Source of the DNA: an uncultured Patescibacteria group bacterium
Lineage (GTDB): Bacteria > Patescibacteriota > Microgenomatia > UBA1400 > PJMF01
DNA length: 64,000 nt
NCBI GenBank assembly: GCA_905478415.1
Contig: CAJQIG010000002.1
Coordinates: 186,699 to 250,698 of the forward strand
Reading direction: 5' to 3'
The notes below the pieces were generated by a model that was given only the letters and a program-made list of their open reading frames with translations, made no database searches and was not told the DNA's origin. The position numbers were made by a program, and so were the translations under genes. Each line of letters opens with the position of its first letter. The first letter of the stretch is position 1. This document shows positions 26,820-34,399 of the stretch, piece after piece.

Positions 26820-26850
26820 GCAGGGATTAGTGAACTATGTTGGAACCTAT
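26820..26850 (+). repeat. cassette-boundary repeat R5
   Basis: gcagggattagtgaactatgttggaacctat; starts with gcaggg as does the plus-strand tRNA-Trp 3' end. Confidence 0.6.
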
Positions 26851-26851
26851 T

Positions 26852-27178
26852 TTACCTTTCTCGTAAAACAAAACTCAATTTAATACTATCGTTTAACTCA
26901 ACTTTTTCTTTGTTTCTAACCTTTACTGGTAATGCAATGAAGTGTGTACCATCACCCATAGGGAGAAATGATGTTTTCCAACTACTGCTACCTACTTTTG
27001 CAGTTATAGCTACCAAACCCCTATCTAAAAGATGTTTAGTCTCATTCGTATATTTTTTAGGAACTCTCACATAATGCCAACCCTTTTTTTGGGGAAATAG
27101 TTCTACTTTTCCAGATATTGCAAATTTTTTCTTGGTTAATAATGGGGTCAAATTAGACATATAAAAAATATAGCCCAA
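26852..27178 (-). CDS. hypothetical protein (cassette cargo)
   Basis: 108-aa ORF. Confidence 0.4.
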   Translation of the reverse strand: MGYIFYMSNLTPLLTKKKFAISGKVELFPQKKGWHYVRVPKKYTNETKHLLDRGLVAITAKVGSSSWKTSFLPMGDGTHFIALPVKVRNKEKVELNDSIKLSFVLRER

Positions 27179-27180
27179 AT

Positions 27181-27510
27181 TTACATCTCATGAACAGGAT
27201 AAACACTCACCGTACTACCATCGTTATCCATTATCACTGGATGATCTTTTAATAAAGACTGGGCTGCTTCTAGGCTCTCAGCTTGAACTATTCCATATCC
27301 TGTTACATCATCTTCTTGAAGCTTTGAACCATCAACAGAAGTCACATGTTGAGGCCCAACTGGATTTCCAAAATCAACTACAGCATCAACATGAGTTTCT
27401 TTCCACTTCATCCAAACACCCATAACTCCTTGTACTTCTTCTTCTGACATTGACGCAAATTTTTCCATTGCTTCTTTAGGTGAGTGATAAATTAGAAGAA
27501 ACTTTTTCAT
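27181..27510 (-). CDS. hypothetical protein, possibly a YciI/Dabb-like alpha/beta barrel
   Basis: 109 aa; MKKFLLIYHSP...GYGIVQAESLEAAQSLLKDHPV pattern. Confidence 0.35.
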   Translation of the reverse strand: MKKFLLIYHSPKEAMEKFASMSEEEVQGVMGVWMKWKETHVDAVVDFGNPVGPQHVTSVDGSKLQEDDVTGYGIVQAESLEAAQSLLKDHPVIMDNDGSTVSVYPVHEM

Positions 27511-27552
27511 AGCGTGATCCTTTACTACATGTTTTTATTCTTTATCTTAACA

Positions 27553-27573
27553 TAATTTAGAACCTAATTTATT
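27553..27573 (+). repeat. weak sixth copy of the cassette-boundary repeat (R6)
   Basis: ataatttagaacctaatttat vs consensus ..atgttsgaacctatttta. Confidence 0.25.
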
Positions 27574-27623
27574 GGGGATAAGTTAACAAAAAAAGAACTA
27601 TAAATAGCTCTAATTCAAAACTG

Positions 27624-27694
27624 CAGGGCCAGAGGGAATCGAACCCCCGTCAAAGGTTTTGGAGACCTCTATTCTACCGCTGAACTATGGCCCT
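27624..27694 (-). tRNA. tRNA-Trp (anticodon CCA)
   Basis: acceptor agggcca/tggccct, anticodon loop CTCCAAA, T-arm ggggg-ttcgatt-ccctc. Confidence 0.85.
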
Positions 27695-27808
27695 ACGTTG
27701 AGTTGTTAACGTTCAAATTGTATCATTAAGTGCTAGGTTTGCGGAGTAGAGGATTCGATTTTTTAGGCCTGTATCTTGAGAAATTTGCGGATGTTTGGTT
27801 AGCAACAC

Positions 27809-27837
27809 TTGACATAACATTAGTTATAGGATATAAT
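27809..27837 (+). promoter_or_regulatory. consensus sigma70 promoter (TTGACA-17-TATAAT) preceding a ~230-nt leader
   Basis: perfect hexamers; next ORF starts at 28080. Confidence 0.55.
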
Positions 27838-28079
27838 GAAAAGTGTTGTGAGAGCGTACAGCAGACACTTCGTCTGCAACTACCTCGAGCAATACTGAAC
27901 CTTAACAGAATACTTACTTTTGTCTCCTTTAGACAGAAAGGACCGCGTATTTGTTGGAATCACCATAGGGTGAAACAGAGGTGTTACTCGAGAGAGTGGC
28001 GCTTGTGTTTCACTCTATTGTTTTGAGACCAGCGATTTTGTTGGTTTCCTTTTTGTTAATATTTTAAGGAGATAGAAAA

Positions 28080-28646
28080 ATGCAGGCATTCACTATTCAA
28101 ACAAATGGCGAAACAAAAAAAGGTATCCGCGTAGAACGTTTTGAAAAAACGGGAGCATATCAGATCAGCGTGCTGAAAGGCCGTCGTCCGGTTTTTGTCC
28201 CAATTTTCAAACGTAATCAGATTGTTGGAGAAGGACCTCTTGGTTACCAAATTTTGGAAGCCGGTATTTGGTCTGATTCTCAGACAGGTCGAGTAAAACT
28301 GCAAAATCCAAAAAATGATGCGTGGGAAGCCAGCCGAAACTTGGTTAGTTTGCGCGTGTATTTTGCCGAAGGAGCAGAGTTAGAAATTGCTCCGCCGGTT
28401 GATTCCGCAAGTTTGCCTCTGGCTGTGGCCTATGACCAGATGCGTAATGGCCGGCAGTATTGCGACCTAGTCGCGGTATTGAAGGCCGGCGAGAAGGTTC
28501 GTTTCATCGAGCACGCCCGTATGGGTGTCAAGGTCGTCAAGACCTTGTTGACCGATGAGAACGGAATCCCGCAACTGGTCGACGGGGATGTCCCCGAACC
28601 AGCGATGATGCAAGCCCTGGCCGAAGTCGCGGCTGCAACCAAGTAA
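28080..28646 (+). CDS. hypothetical protein
   Basis: 188-aa ORF; C-terminal half GC-rich. Confidence 0.4.
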   Translation: MQAFTIQTNGETKKGIRVERFEKTGAYQISVLKGRRPVFVPIFKRNQIVGEGPLGYQILEAGIWSDSQTGRVKLQNPKNDAWEASRNLVSLRVYFAEGAELEIAPPVDSASLPLAVAYDQMRNGRQYCDLVAVLKAGEKVRFIEHARMGVKVVKTLLTDENGIPQLVDGDVPEPAMMQALAEVAAATK

Positions 28647-28659
28647 GTATCTGAAAAAG

Positions 28660-28692
28660 GAAAGGCCCTAGTTTTACACTGGGGCCTTTTTG
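28660..28692 (+). terminator. rho-independent terminator
   Basis: aaaggccc...gggccttttt. Confidence 0.55.
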
Positions 28693-28776
28693 CGTCTCAA
28701 ACCCAATCGCCACCAATCTCAAGTATTTTGTTCAAAACTAGCGTATACTACAGTTGTATCAATCTATATCACTAGT

Positions 28777-29694
28777 ATGCCAAAACCATTAGAACAAGAC
28801 CAAGTAACCAAGTTCACAACTTTGTGGCAAGGTTTCCATATCAAGAAAAATGACTCAGCTCAGGCCGCCGACCAGGCAGCTGAAGCTCTTCATGCTCTCG
28901 ATACAGAAAACTTTACCAACACAGAAGTTGCTACTGCGCATGGAGAACTTTCCAGAATAACTGCGGTCTTAGCTCTGAGTGCAGTCAAAAAAGCTAAAAA
29001 TTGGGAGGAAGCTCGTCAATATTTGCTTCTTTCCCTCGAGACAGTGCAGACAAGCTATCCAGTAGCAAAAACCTATGATCAAGCTAAAATCAGGGGAGAG
29101 TACTGGAATCCGGTGTATGGTGAAAGCTGGGCCCAGTTGAGTGCGCTCATGGATGTTCTCGAGTTGGCAAAAGTACTCGTGGTGCTGTACCCCGAAGCCG
29201 AATCGTTTGCTTATTTTAGAGCGGTTCATGAGGCTTTGTTCACAATCATTGCTGATACAGAGAAAAACCGGGAAATACTGGTTTTGATGATCAAACACGG
29301 TGAGTTTGAGTTGGCTCAAGAGGCATACCAAGAGTACCAGAGCTTGTATGGGCCAGAGTCTAAAGCTTTTAGCCCAGACCAGTGGATTACGTTAACCACC
29401 TTGATGATTGGGCAGTTCTTTGGTCACTCTCAAGTTGCAGAGGCCAGAAAGCTTTCTGGAGAACTTGGGAAGGTCTTGATACACCAGAAGGGAATGTCTT
29501 TTTTTGGGATCAGGGAGTTTTTTAAGAATATGTCACCCTCCAGAGGACAAAGACAGCTGGATTCAAAGTTGATTGGTTGGTACTCGGAAGGTGTCAAAAC
29601 TGATCCCGACGTCAGAAAACAAGTAGAAGCGCTTTTCGACCATGTCTTTGTTGGTGTGGGCGAAGAGGTTCAGTATCTCAATACTAAAGAATAA
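28777..29694 (+). CDS. hypothetical protein (start at internal Met)
   Basis: ~305-aa helical ORF. Confidence 0.4.
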   Translation: MPKPLEQDQVTKFTTLWQGFHIKKNDSAQAADQAAEALHALDTENFTNTEVATAHGELSRITAVLALSAVKKAKNWEEARQYLLLSLETVQTSYPVAKTYDQAKIRGEYWNPVYGESWAQLSALMDVLELAKVLVVLYPEAESFAYFRAVHEALFTIIADTEKNREILVLMIKHGEFELAQEAYQEYQSLYGPESKAFSPDQWITLTTLMIGQFFGHSQVAEARKLSGELGKVLIHQKGMSFFGIREFFKNMSPSRGQRQLDSKLIGWYSEGVKTDPDVRKQVEALFDHVFVGVGEEVQYLNTKE

Positions 29695-29916
29695 GCGAGT
29701 CTTCGTTTTTGTTTCGGTTTTTCAATAAAAGTGATTATTATATCAATTTGAAACCATAAAATACTCAAAATAATTAAAAAACATTTATAAATCAATATAT
29801 TATATTTTTCATAAAAACTGAAAAAGAGTGCTTTATTAATAAAAAAGTTACGTTATCTAACTTCGGAACATCACAATAACAGTGAAAAAAATTGGTTTTT
29901 ATTTGGGTACAAACGA

Positions 29917-30570
29917 CTATTCGTCGAATCCAAGGTTCTTCTGTTCAGCTGCAACAGTAGTTGTTTCTCCGTGCCCAGACAGCAGTTGAGTGTTTCCAGG
30001 GTACTCGAGAAGTTTTTTGAGTGAACGCTCCAGATCAAGGGTGTTTGAGTATGAAAAATCAGTTCGACCGACCCCGTTTTTAAAGATGGTGTCACCACAA
30101 AAAATATGGACATCATCTGGTGCAACCGTGGAGACAAAACTGACACTACCAGGAGTGTGACCTGGTGTTTCGATGGTCGTCAGGGAACAGTTGCCAAAGG
30201 AAAAGGTACTACCTGCCCTGAGGAAGTTGGTTGGTTGGGGCACGGGGTCCGCCTGACGATGTAACCAGTGTTCAGCGCTGTCTTTTGCCCCCTTTATGAG
30301 AAAGAGGTCAGCTTGGTGTAAGAAAATAGGGATATCATCAAAGTTAAGTTTCACTTCTAAGAGGCCGAGGACATGGTCGAAGTGACCATGGGTGAGGAGT
30401 ATGGCGGTGGGTTGAAGTCCAAGACGCAGGATTTCTTCCGAGATGGTATCACCTGCATCAGCGGGGTCGATAATCACTGCCTCGAGTGTGTCTGGGCACC
30501 AGGCTAGGTAGCAATTGGTATCGAGTGCACCAAGGGTGAGAGTAGTTACGGTGGGGTGTTTGAACTTCAT
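29917..30570 (-). CDS. MBL-fold metallo-hydrolase (glyoxalase II-like)
   Basis: THGHFDHVLG zinc-binding motif; the ORF-track first codon is TTG, so ATG at MKFKH is preferred. Confidence 0.7.
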   Translation of the reverse strand: MKFKHPTVTTLTLGALDTNCYLAWCPDTLEAVIIDPADAGDTISEEILRLGLQPTAILLTHGHFDHVLGLLEVKLNFDDIPIFLHQADLFLIKGAKDSAEHWLHRQADPVPQPTNFLRAGSTFSFGNCSLTTIETPGHTPGSVSFVSTVAPDDVHIFCGDTIFKNGVGRTDFSYSNTLDLERSLKKLLEYPGNTQLLSGHGETTTVAAEQKNLGFDE

Positions 30571-30586
30571 GCGGTACAATGCAGAT

Positions 30587-31219
30587 ATGACTATTTACTT
30601 CGATATTGATTCTACCTTATTTACGACCAATCTGTTCAAGAAAACAAAAATCGATCCACAACTCGAAGAGTTACTGGGCGTGAGTTTAGAAACATTGCAG
30701 GAGTCTGAAAAAGCATACTTCACTGGACTGGAAAAGGGCACAGACTTCGATTTTCACAATTACTGTGCTTTTATAGCCGAAAAATTCAATGATGTCGGAG
30801 GCAGTGCCTCGAAAGAGCAACTTGAAAAACTTTTCGAGGACCAGGCTTTATATGAGGGGATGGTCTATCCAGACGTATTTCCAACACTCCAACTTCTACA
30901 AGATCGAGGAGATTCGATTGGTATTTTTTCTGAAGGACATACCGATTTTCAAACAAATAAAATTACTTTTACTGGGGTGATGACCTTTGCTGATCCCACA
31001 AAAGTCCATATTGCTCGAAGAAAATTGGAGCCGGAAGTGCTTTCAAAGTTAGAAGCAGGGGCGATTGTGATTGATGACAAAATTGAGTATCTTGAGAATC
31101 TACCAGAAACACTCACTCCAGTTTGGATTAATCGAACCTCAGAAGAAAAACATTCGACTATTGCTACAATTAAATCACTTGAGGAGATTACTCAGTTTTT
31201 ACTTAATAAAAAGGATTAA
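30587..31219 (+). CDS. HAD-family hydrolase
   Basis: MTIYFDIDSTLF motif I (DxD). Confidence 0.55.
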   Translation: MTIYFDIDSTLFTTNLFKKTKIDPQLEELLGVSLETLQESEKAYFTGLEKGTDFDFHNYCAFIAEKFNDVGGSASKEQLEKLFEDQALYEGMVYPDVFPTLQLLQDRGDSIGIFSEGHTDFQTNKITFTGVMTFADPTKVHIARRKLEPEVLSKLEAGAIVIDDKIEYLENLPETLTPVWINRTSEEKHSTIATIKSLEEITQFLLNKKD

Positions 31220-31220
31220 G

Positions 31221-31718
31221 ATGTCAATATTTGAGAGAAGACAAGGAATTGATCAAGGAAAGAAGTTTGAGCTTCCTTCTTTGAGACCTGGATTGCAAGC
31301 TTTACTAGTACCTTCACTTGAAGCAGAAAAGTTTGGATTAAAAAACCCAAATCTTGAAATCCAACAGCTTATACAGACAGTAAGTGAGTTACTTATAGAA
31401 AAAAACTCTGAATTACAGACTACCGTTGCTTTGGGTGGGGTAGATGGTGGATTTGTGGGACTGCTCATTGTGGTTAGAAACCAGGATGATACACCACCAG
31501 TTGAAAATGTTGGCAATACACAACGAATAGAAACAGTTTTAATTGAGTCAAAGCTGGCGAAAGCCTGGGGTTCTCGAGATATTTTGGGTGAATTGACTGA
31601 AGCGCTAGACACAAAGCTTCAGACCTTACCAGAAAGCACCGAGCTTATCTCAATAAATGCAGTACCCTCTCCATCAGGAAGAACAATTGGTTTAGTGTTA
31701 GTGATAAAAAATTCTTAG
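31221..31718 (+). CDS. hypothetical protein
   Basis: 165-aa ORF starting at the ATG 2 nt after the HAD stop. Confidence 0.4.
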   Translation: MSIFERRQGIDQGKKFELPSLRPGLQALLVPSLEAEKFGLKNPNLEIQQLIQTVSELLIEKNSELQTTVALGGVDGGFVGLLIVVRNQDDTPPVENVGNTQRIETVLIESKLAKAWGSRDILGELTEALDTKLQTLPESTELISINAVPSPSGRTIGLVLVIKNS

Positions 31719-32371
31719 CCAACCAGAATTGAAACGATCATCGAAATAATCGGACTAATCAGCGTAGCTACTGCTGAGGTTCCATTCCAAGGCACTATCA
31801 ACATCAAAAGCACAACTGAACCATATCGATGCATAAACGACTCATATGCTAACGCATTTTCTGGAGGCAATATCGACTCGAGGATTTTTGATCCATCGAG
31901 CGGATAGACTGGTACTAAGTTGAAAATTGCGAGCATGACGTTGATATATAAAATAAAGTACAAAGCGGGAGCAAGGAGTGTGCTAAAAAAGACTCCAGCA
32001 GGTAAAAAATTGAGCACCAGCGCGAGTAGTACGGCAAGTATGAGGTTGCTAGCAGGGCCTGCGAGTGCAATTAAGGCAGTGTCACGTTTAGGATCTTTTA
32101 AGTTAAAGGGATCGAACTGGACGGGTTTTCCCCAGCCAAAGCCGATTAGTAGAATTGCGAGTGTTCCCATGGGATCAAGATGAGCGAGTGGATTAAGAGT
32201 GACTCTGCCCTGATAGGTAGGGGTAGGATCACCAAGCTTATCTGCTACGAATGCATGGGCAAACTCGTGAATTGTGAGGGCAACAACCAGGCCAATAGCA
32301 CTGATAAAGAAGAGTAGGGGGTTAGTGAAGAGGGTTGCAAGCATCATACGTTTGGCCATTATAGCAGTCAA
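31715..32371 (-). CDS. M50-family (site-2 protease-like) membrane zinc metalloprotease
   Basis: HEFAHAFVA HExxH motif within a TM segment; multiple TM helices. Confidence 0.65.
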   Translation of the reverse strand: MTAIMAKRMMLATLFTNPLLFFISAIGLVVALTIHEFAHAFVADKLGDPTPTYQGRVTLNPLAHLDPMGTLAILLIGFGWGKPVQFDPFNLKDPKRDTALIALAGPASNLILAVLLALVLNFLPAGVFFSTLLAPALYFILYINVMLAIFNLVPVYPLDGSKILESILPPENALAYESFMHRYGSVVLLMLIVPWNGTSAVATLISPIISMIVSILVG

Positions 32372-32476
32372 TGATTTTGACTGCTAGACACAATCCTCTC
32401 GAGAGGTTTCGTTTGATGTTTCTTTCTTATTTTCCCGTTTGGAAAAATTCTGCCTTGATGATATAATCACAGTCTT

Positions 32477-32695
32477 ATGTCAAGCTTTACATTCAAGTTC
32501 CCAGTAACTGCTCATATCGGTAATAAGGTTTCTCACGCTAAAAATAGAAGCAAGAGAAAATTTAAGTACAACCTTCACACAGTGACAATGATAGTTGATG
32601 GACAAAAGCAGCGTCTTCGAGTACCTACCAAGGTGCTGAGAATGCTCAAGAAGTCCGGAATGACTACGCACTGGAAGAAACCTGTAAAAGAATAA
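32477..32695 (+). CDS. rpmB: 50S ribosomal protein L28
   Basis: GNKVSHAKNRSKRKFKYNLH...LRVPTKVLRMLKK matches the L28 pattern. Confidence 0.8.
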   Translation: MSSFTFKFPVTAHIGNKVSHAKNRSKRKFKYNLHTVTMIVDGQKQRLRVPTKVLRMLKKSGMTTHWKKPVKE

Positions 32696-32746
32696 ATTTT
32701 TACAGTTTCTGTAGTGCATTTGCAGTTATAAATAAAATCTAAAAAT

Positions 32747-32771
32747 ACCTGAGAAATTCTCAGGTTTTTTG
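32747..32771. terminator. hairpin terminator between rpmB (+) and fmt (-)
   Basis: cctgagaa-attctcagg followed by tttttt. Confidence 0.55.
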
Positions 32772-32786
32772 GGACCTTTTTTTCTT

Positions 32787-33752
32787 TTAGTTAAGCAGGG
32801 TGTTTTTTATTTGGTTGAACAGAGCTGGAGTTTTACCTTCAAGCTGCACAGTTTCAAGTGTTAGAGATTCATTTGCAGTAGTTGTTTTTGGAGTTACCAC
32901 AGCGGAGATAATCTTCATCCGTTTTTCTCCCTGCTTAGTTTCAACTTTGGTCCAAAGATTAGGCCAAGGTGAGAAAGCTTTAGTGGCGGCAACAAGGAGG
33001 GCTGGAAGAGAAGTGTGTGCAGTTCGAGCCGCTTCGAGTAACGGAGGGAGCGTTATAAAACTTGGTTCTACTCCTTTTCGAGCCAGTGCGATCACATTCC
33101 AAGGTACAAAGGCATCATCTTTAGTAAGTTTTCTAGCAGTTGGTGTTGGTGATGAGACAGGTTGTGGTTGGCTTTTTTTGTTTGAAATATATGTTTTGAG
33201 TATATTAGGGAGTTCTGGAGCAAGCAGCTCAAAACTATGCTGGTAATACTGTTCGGCGGTCCATGCAGTATCAACGTTAAAAGGGAGTGCGGCTACGATA
33301 GGACCTTGGTCTAGCTGTGCATTCATCTCGATCAGCGTAATAGCTGATTTTTTTTCTCCATACAAGAGCGCAAACTGACCAGGAGAACTACCTCTCCATT
33401 TTGGCAGTTCGGACGGGTGAATATTGAGTGGAGCAATTTGGGGAAGTGCCAGAAGCCAGCTCGGGACAAGGTAGCCAAAGTCTACAACAAGGAGGATGTC
33501 TACCTGTGGTTGTTGTGTTATCTCTTGTCTTGTTACAGAGGTGATCTTATTTTTGATAAGTAGAGTTGGGATAGATTGTTCAGTTGCAAAACTATGCAGG
33601 GGGTTAGGGGTGATAACCTTTTTTCTTCCAAGAGGTTTTGGTTCTGGCGTTACAATCCAGGTTATTTCAAAATCTTCTGCTTGACTGAGAGCTTCGGCAC
33701 AGAGGCGGGTTCGTTGAGTTGTGCCAGCAATGGCAATTGAGATTTTTGGCAT
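32787..33752 (-). CDS. fmt: methionyl-tRNA formyltransferase
   Basis: NIHPSELPKWRGSSPGQFALLYGEKKSAITLIEM; 321 aa. Confidence 0.85.
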   Translation of the reverse strand: MPKISIAIAGTTQRTRLCAEALSQAEDFEITWIVTPEPKPLGRKKVITPNPLHSFATEQSIPTLLIKNKITSVTRQEITQQPQVDILLVVDFGYLVPSWLLALPQIAPLNIHPSELPKWRGSSPGQFALLYGEKKSAITLIEMNAQLDQGPIVAALPFNVDTAWTAEQYYQHSFELLAPELPNILKTYISNKKSQPQPVSSPTPTARKLTKDDAFVPWNVIALARKGVEPSFITLPPLLEAARTAHTSLPALLVAATKAFSPWPNLWTKVETKQGEKRMKIISAVVTPKTTTANESLTLETVQLEGKTPALFNQIKNTLLN

Positions 33753-33756
33753 TACT

Positions 33757-34323
33757 TTATATCATCTCGAAGAGAGCAGGATCAACTTCTTCGAGTTTTT
33801 TAGTTATTTTAGTTTCTTTGTAGATGGGAAGTCCGTGTTTGATGGCATGATCGGTAAAGAGAATACCGTGCAGATGATCAAGTTCATGTTGCATGACTCG
33901 GGAAGCGAAATCTCTGAAAGTAGTTTCCTGATCAATCAACTCATTCCCTTTTACTTGTTGAAAGCGAAATGTGGTCCATGAGTGCCGAGGAACAGGACCA
34001 TAGATTCCAGGCATAGAGAGACAGCCTTCTAAACTAGTTTCGTCCTCGGTTGGTCCTAAAATAAGTTCGTCTGAAGCATCTACGATTGTAGGATTAATAA
34101 AAATGCGTTGCGTATTCTTTCCTTGCTCGTCCTCAAGTAGGGTAGTGAAAAGAGACCAGTTTTTATCTACCTGTGGTGCAGCTAATCCAACTCCTTGAGG
34201 ATTTTTTTTGTTTGCTAGCGTTTTTTCGAGATCGCTAATAAATCGAAGTAGTTTTTTATCTACATGGGTGACGGGCTCAGCTTCTTGTCGAAGGGCGCTG
34301 TGGGGGATAGTTACTATTTTCAT
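33757..34323 (-). CDS. def: peptide deformylase (start at internal Met)
   Basis: GVGLAAPQV, EGCLSMPG and HELDHLHG motifs. Confidence 0.85.
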   Translation of the reverse strand: MKIVTIPHSALRQEAEPVTHVDKKLLRFISDLEKTLANKKNPQGVGLAAPQVDKNWSLFTTLLEDEQGKNTQRIFINPTIVDASDELILGPTEDETSLEGCLSMPGIYGPVPRHSWTTFRFQQVKGNELIDQETTFRDFASRVMQHELDHLHGILFTDHAIKHGLPIYKETKITKKLEEVDPALFEMI

Positions 34324-34399
34324 ATATTTTTTGAGGCTGTAAGCTTTGGAGGGTATTGTCTCCCATCTTGATGGTATTTTCAAGCTTGGCCTCTTGTAG

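Noticed and set aside
24124-26850. Regularly spaced ~30-bp direct repeats considered as a CRISPR array
   Set aside because: Spacing is 600-740 bp with complete genes between copies; the repeats are degenerate (about 70-85% identity) and only five or six in number. This is not CRISPR architecture.
24124-27700. Classical integron (intI + attI + attC cassettes)
   Set aside because: No tyrosine integrase gene lies adjacent. The repeats lack the R''-L''...L'-R' inverted-repeat structure and the GTTRRRY core of attC sites. They resemble a tRNA 3' end instead.
31071-31718. Long 215-aa version of the ORF starting at 31071
   Set aside because: The 5' part overlaps the HAD gene in another frame. The ATG at 31221, two nucleotides after the HAD stop, gives a cleaner 165-aa gene.
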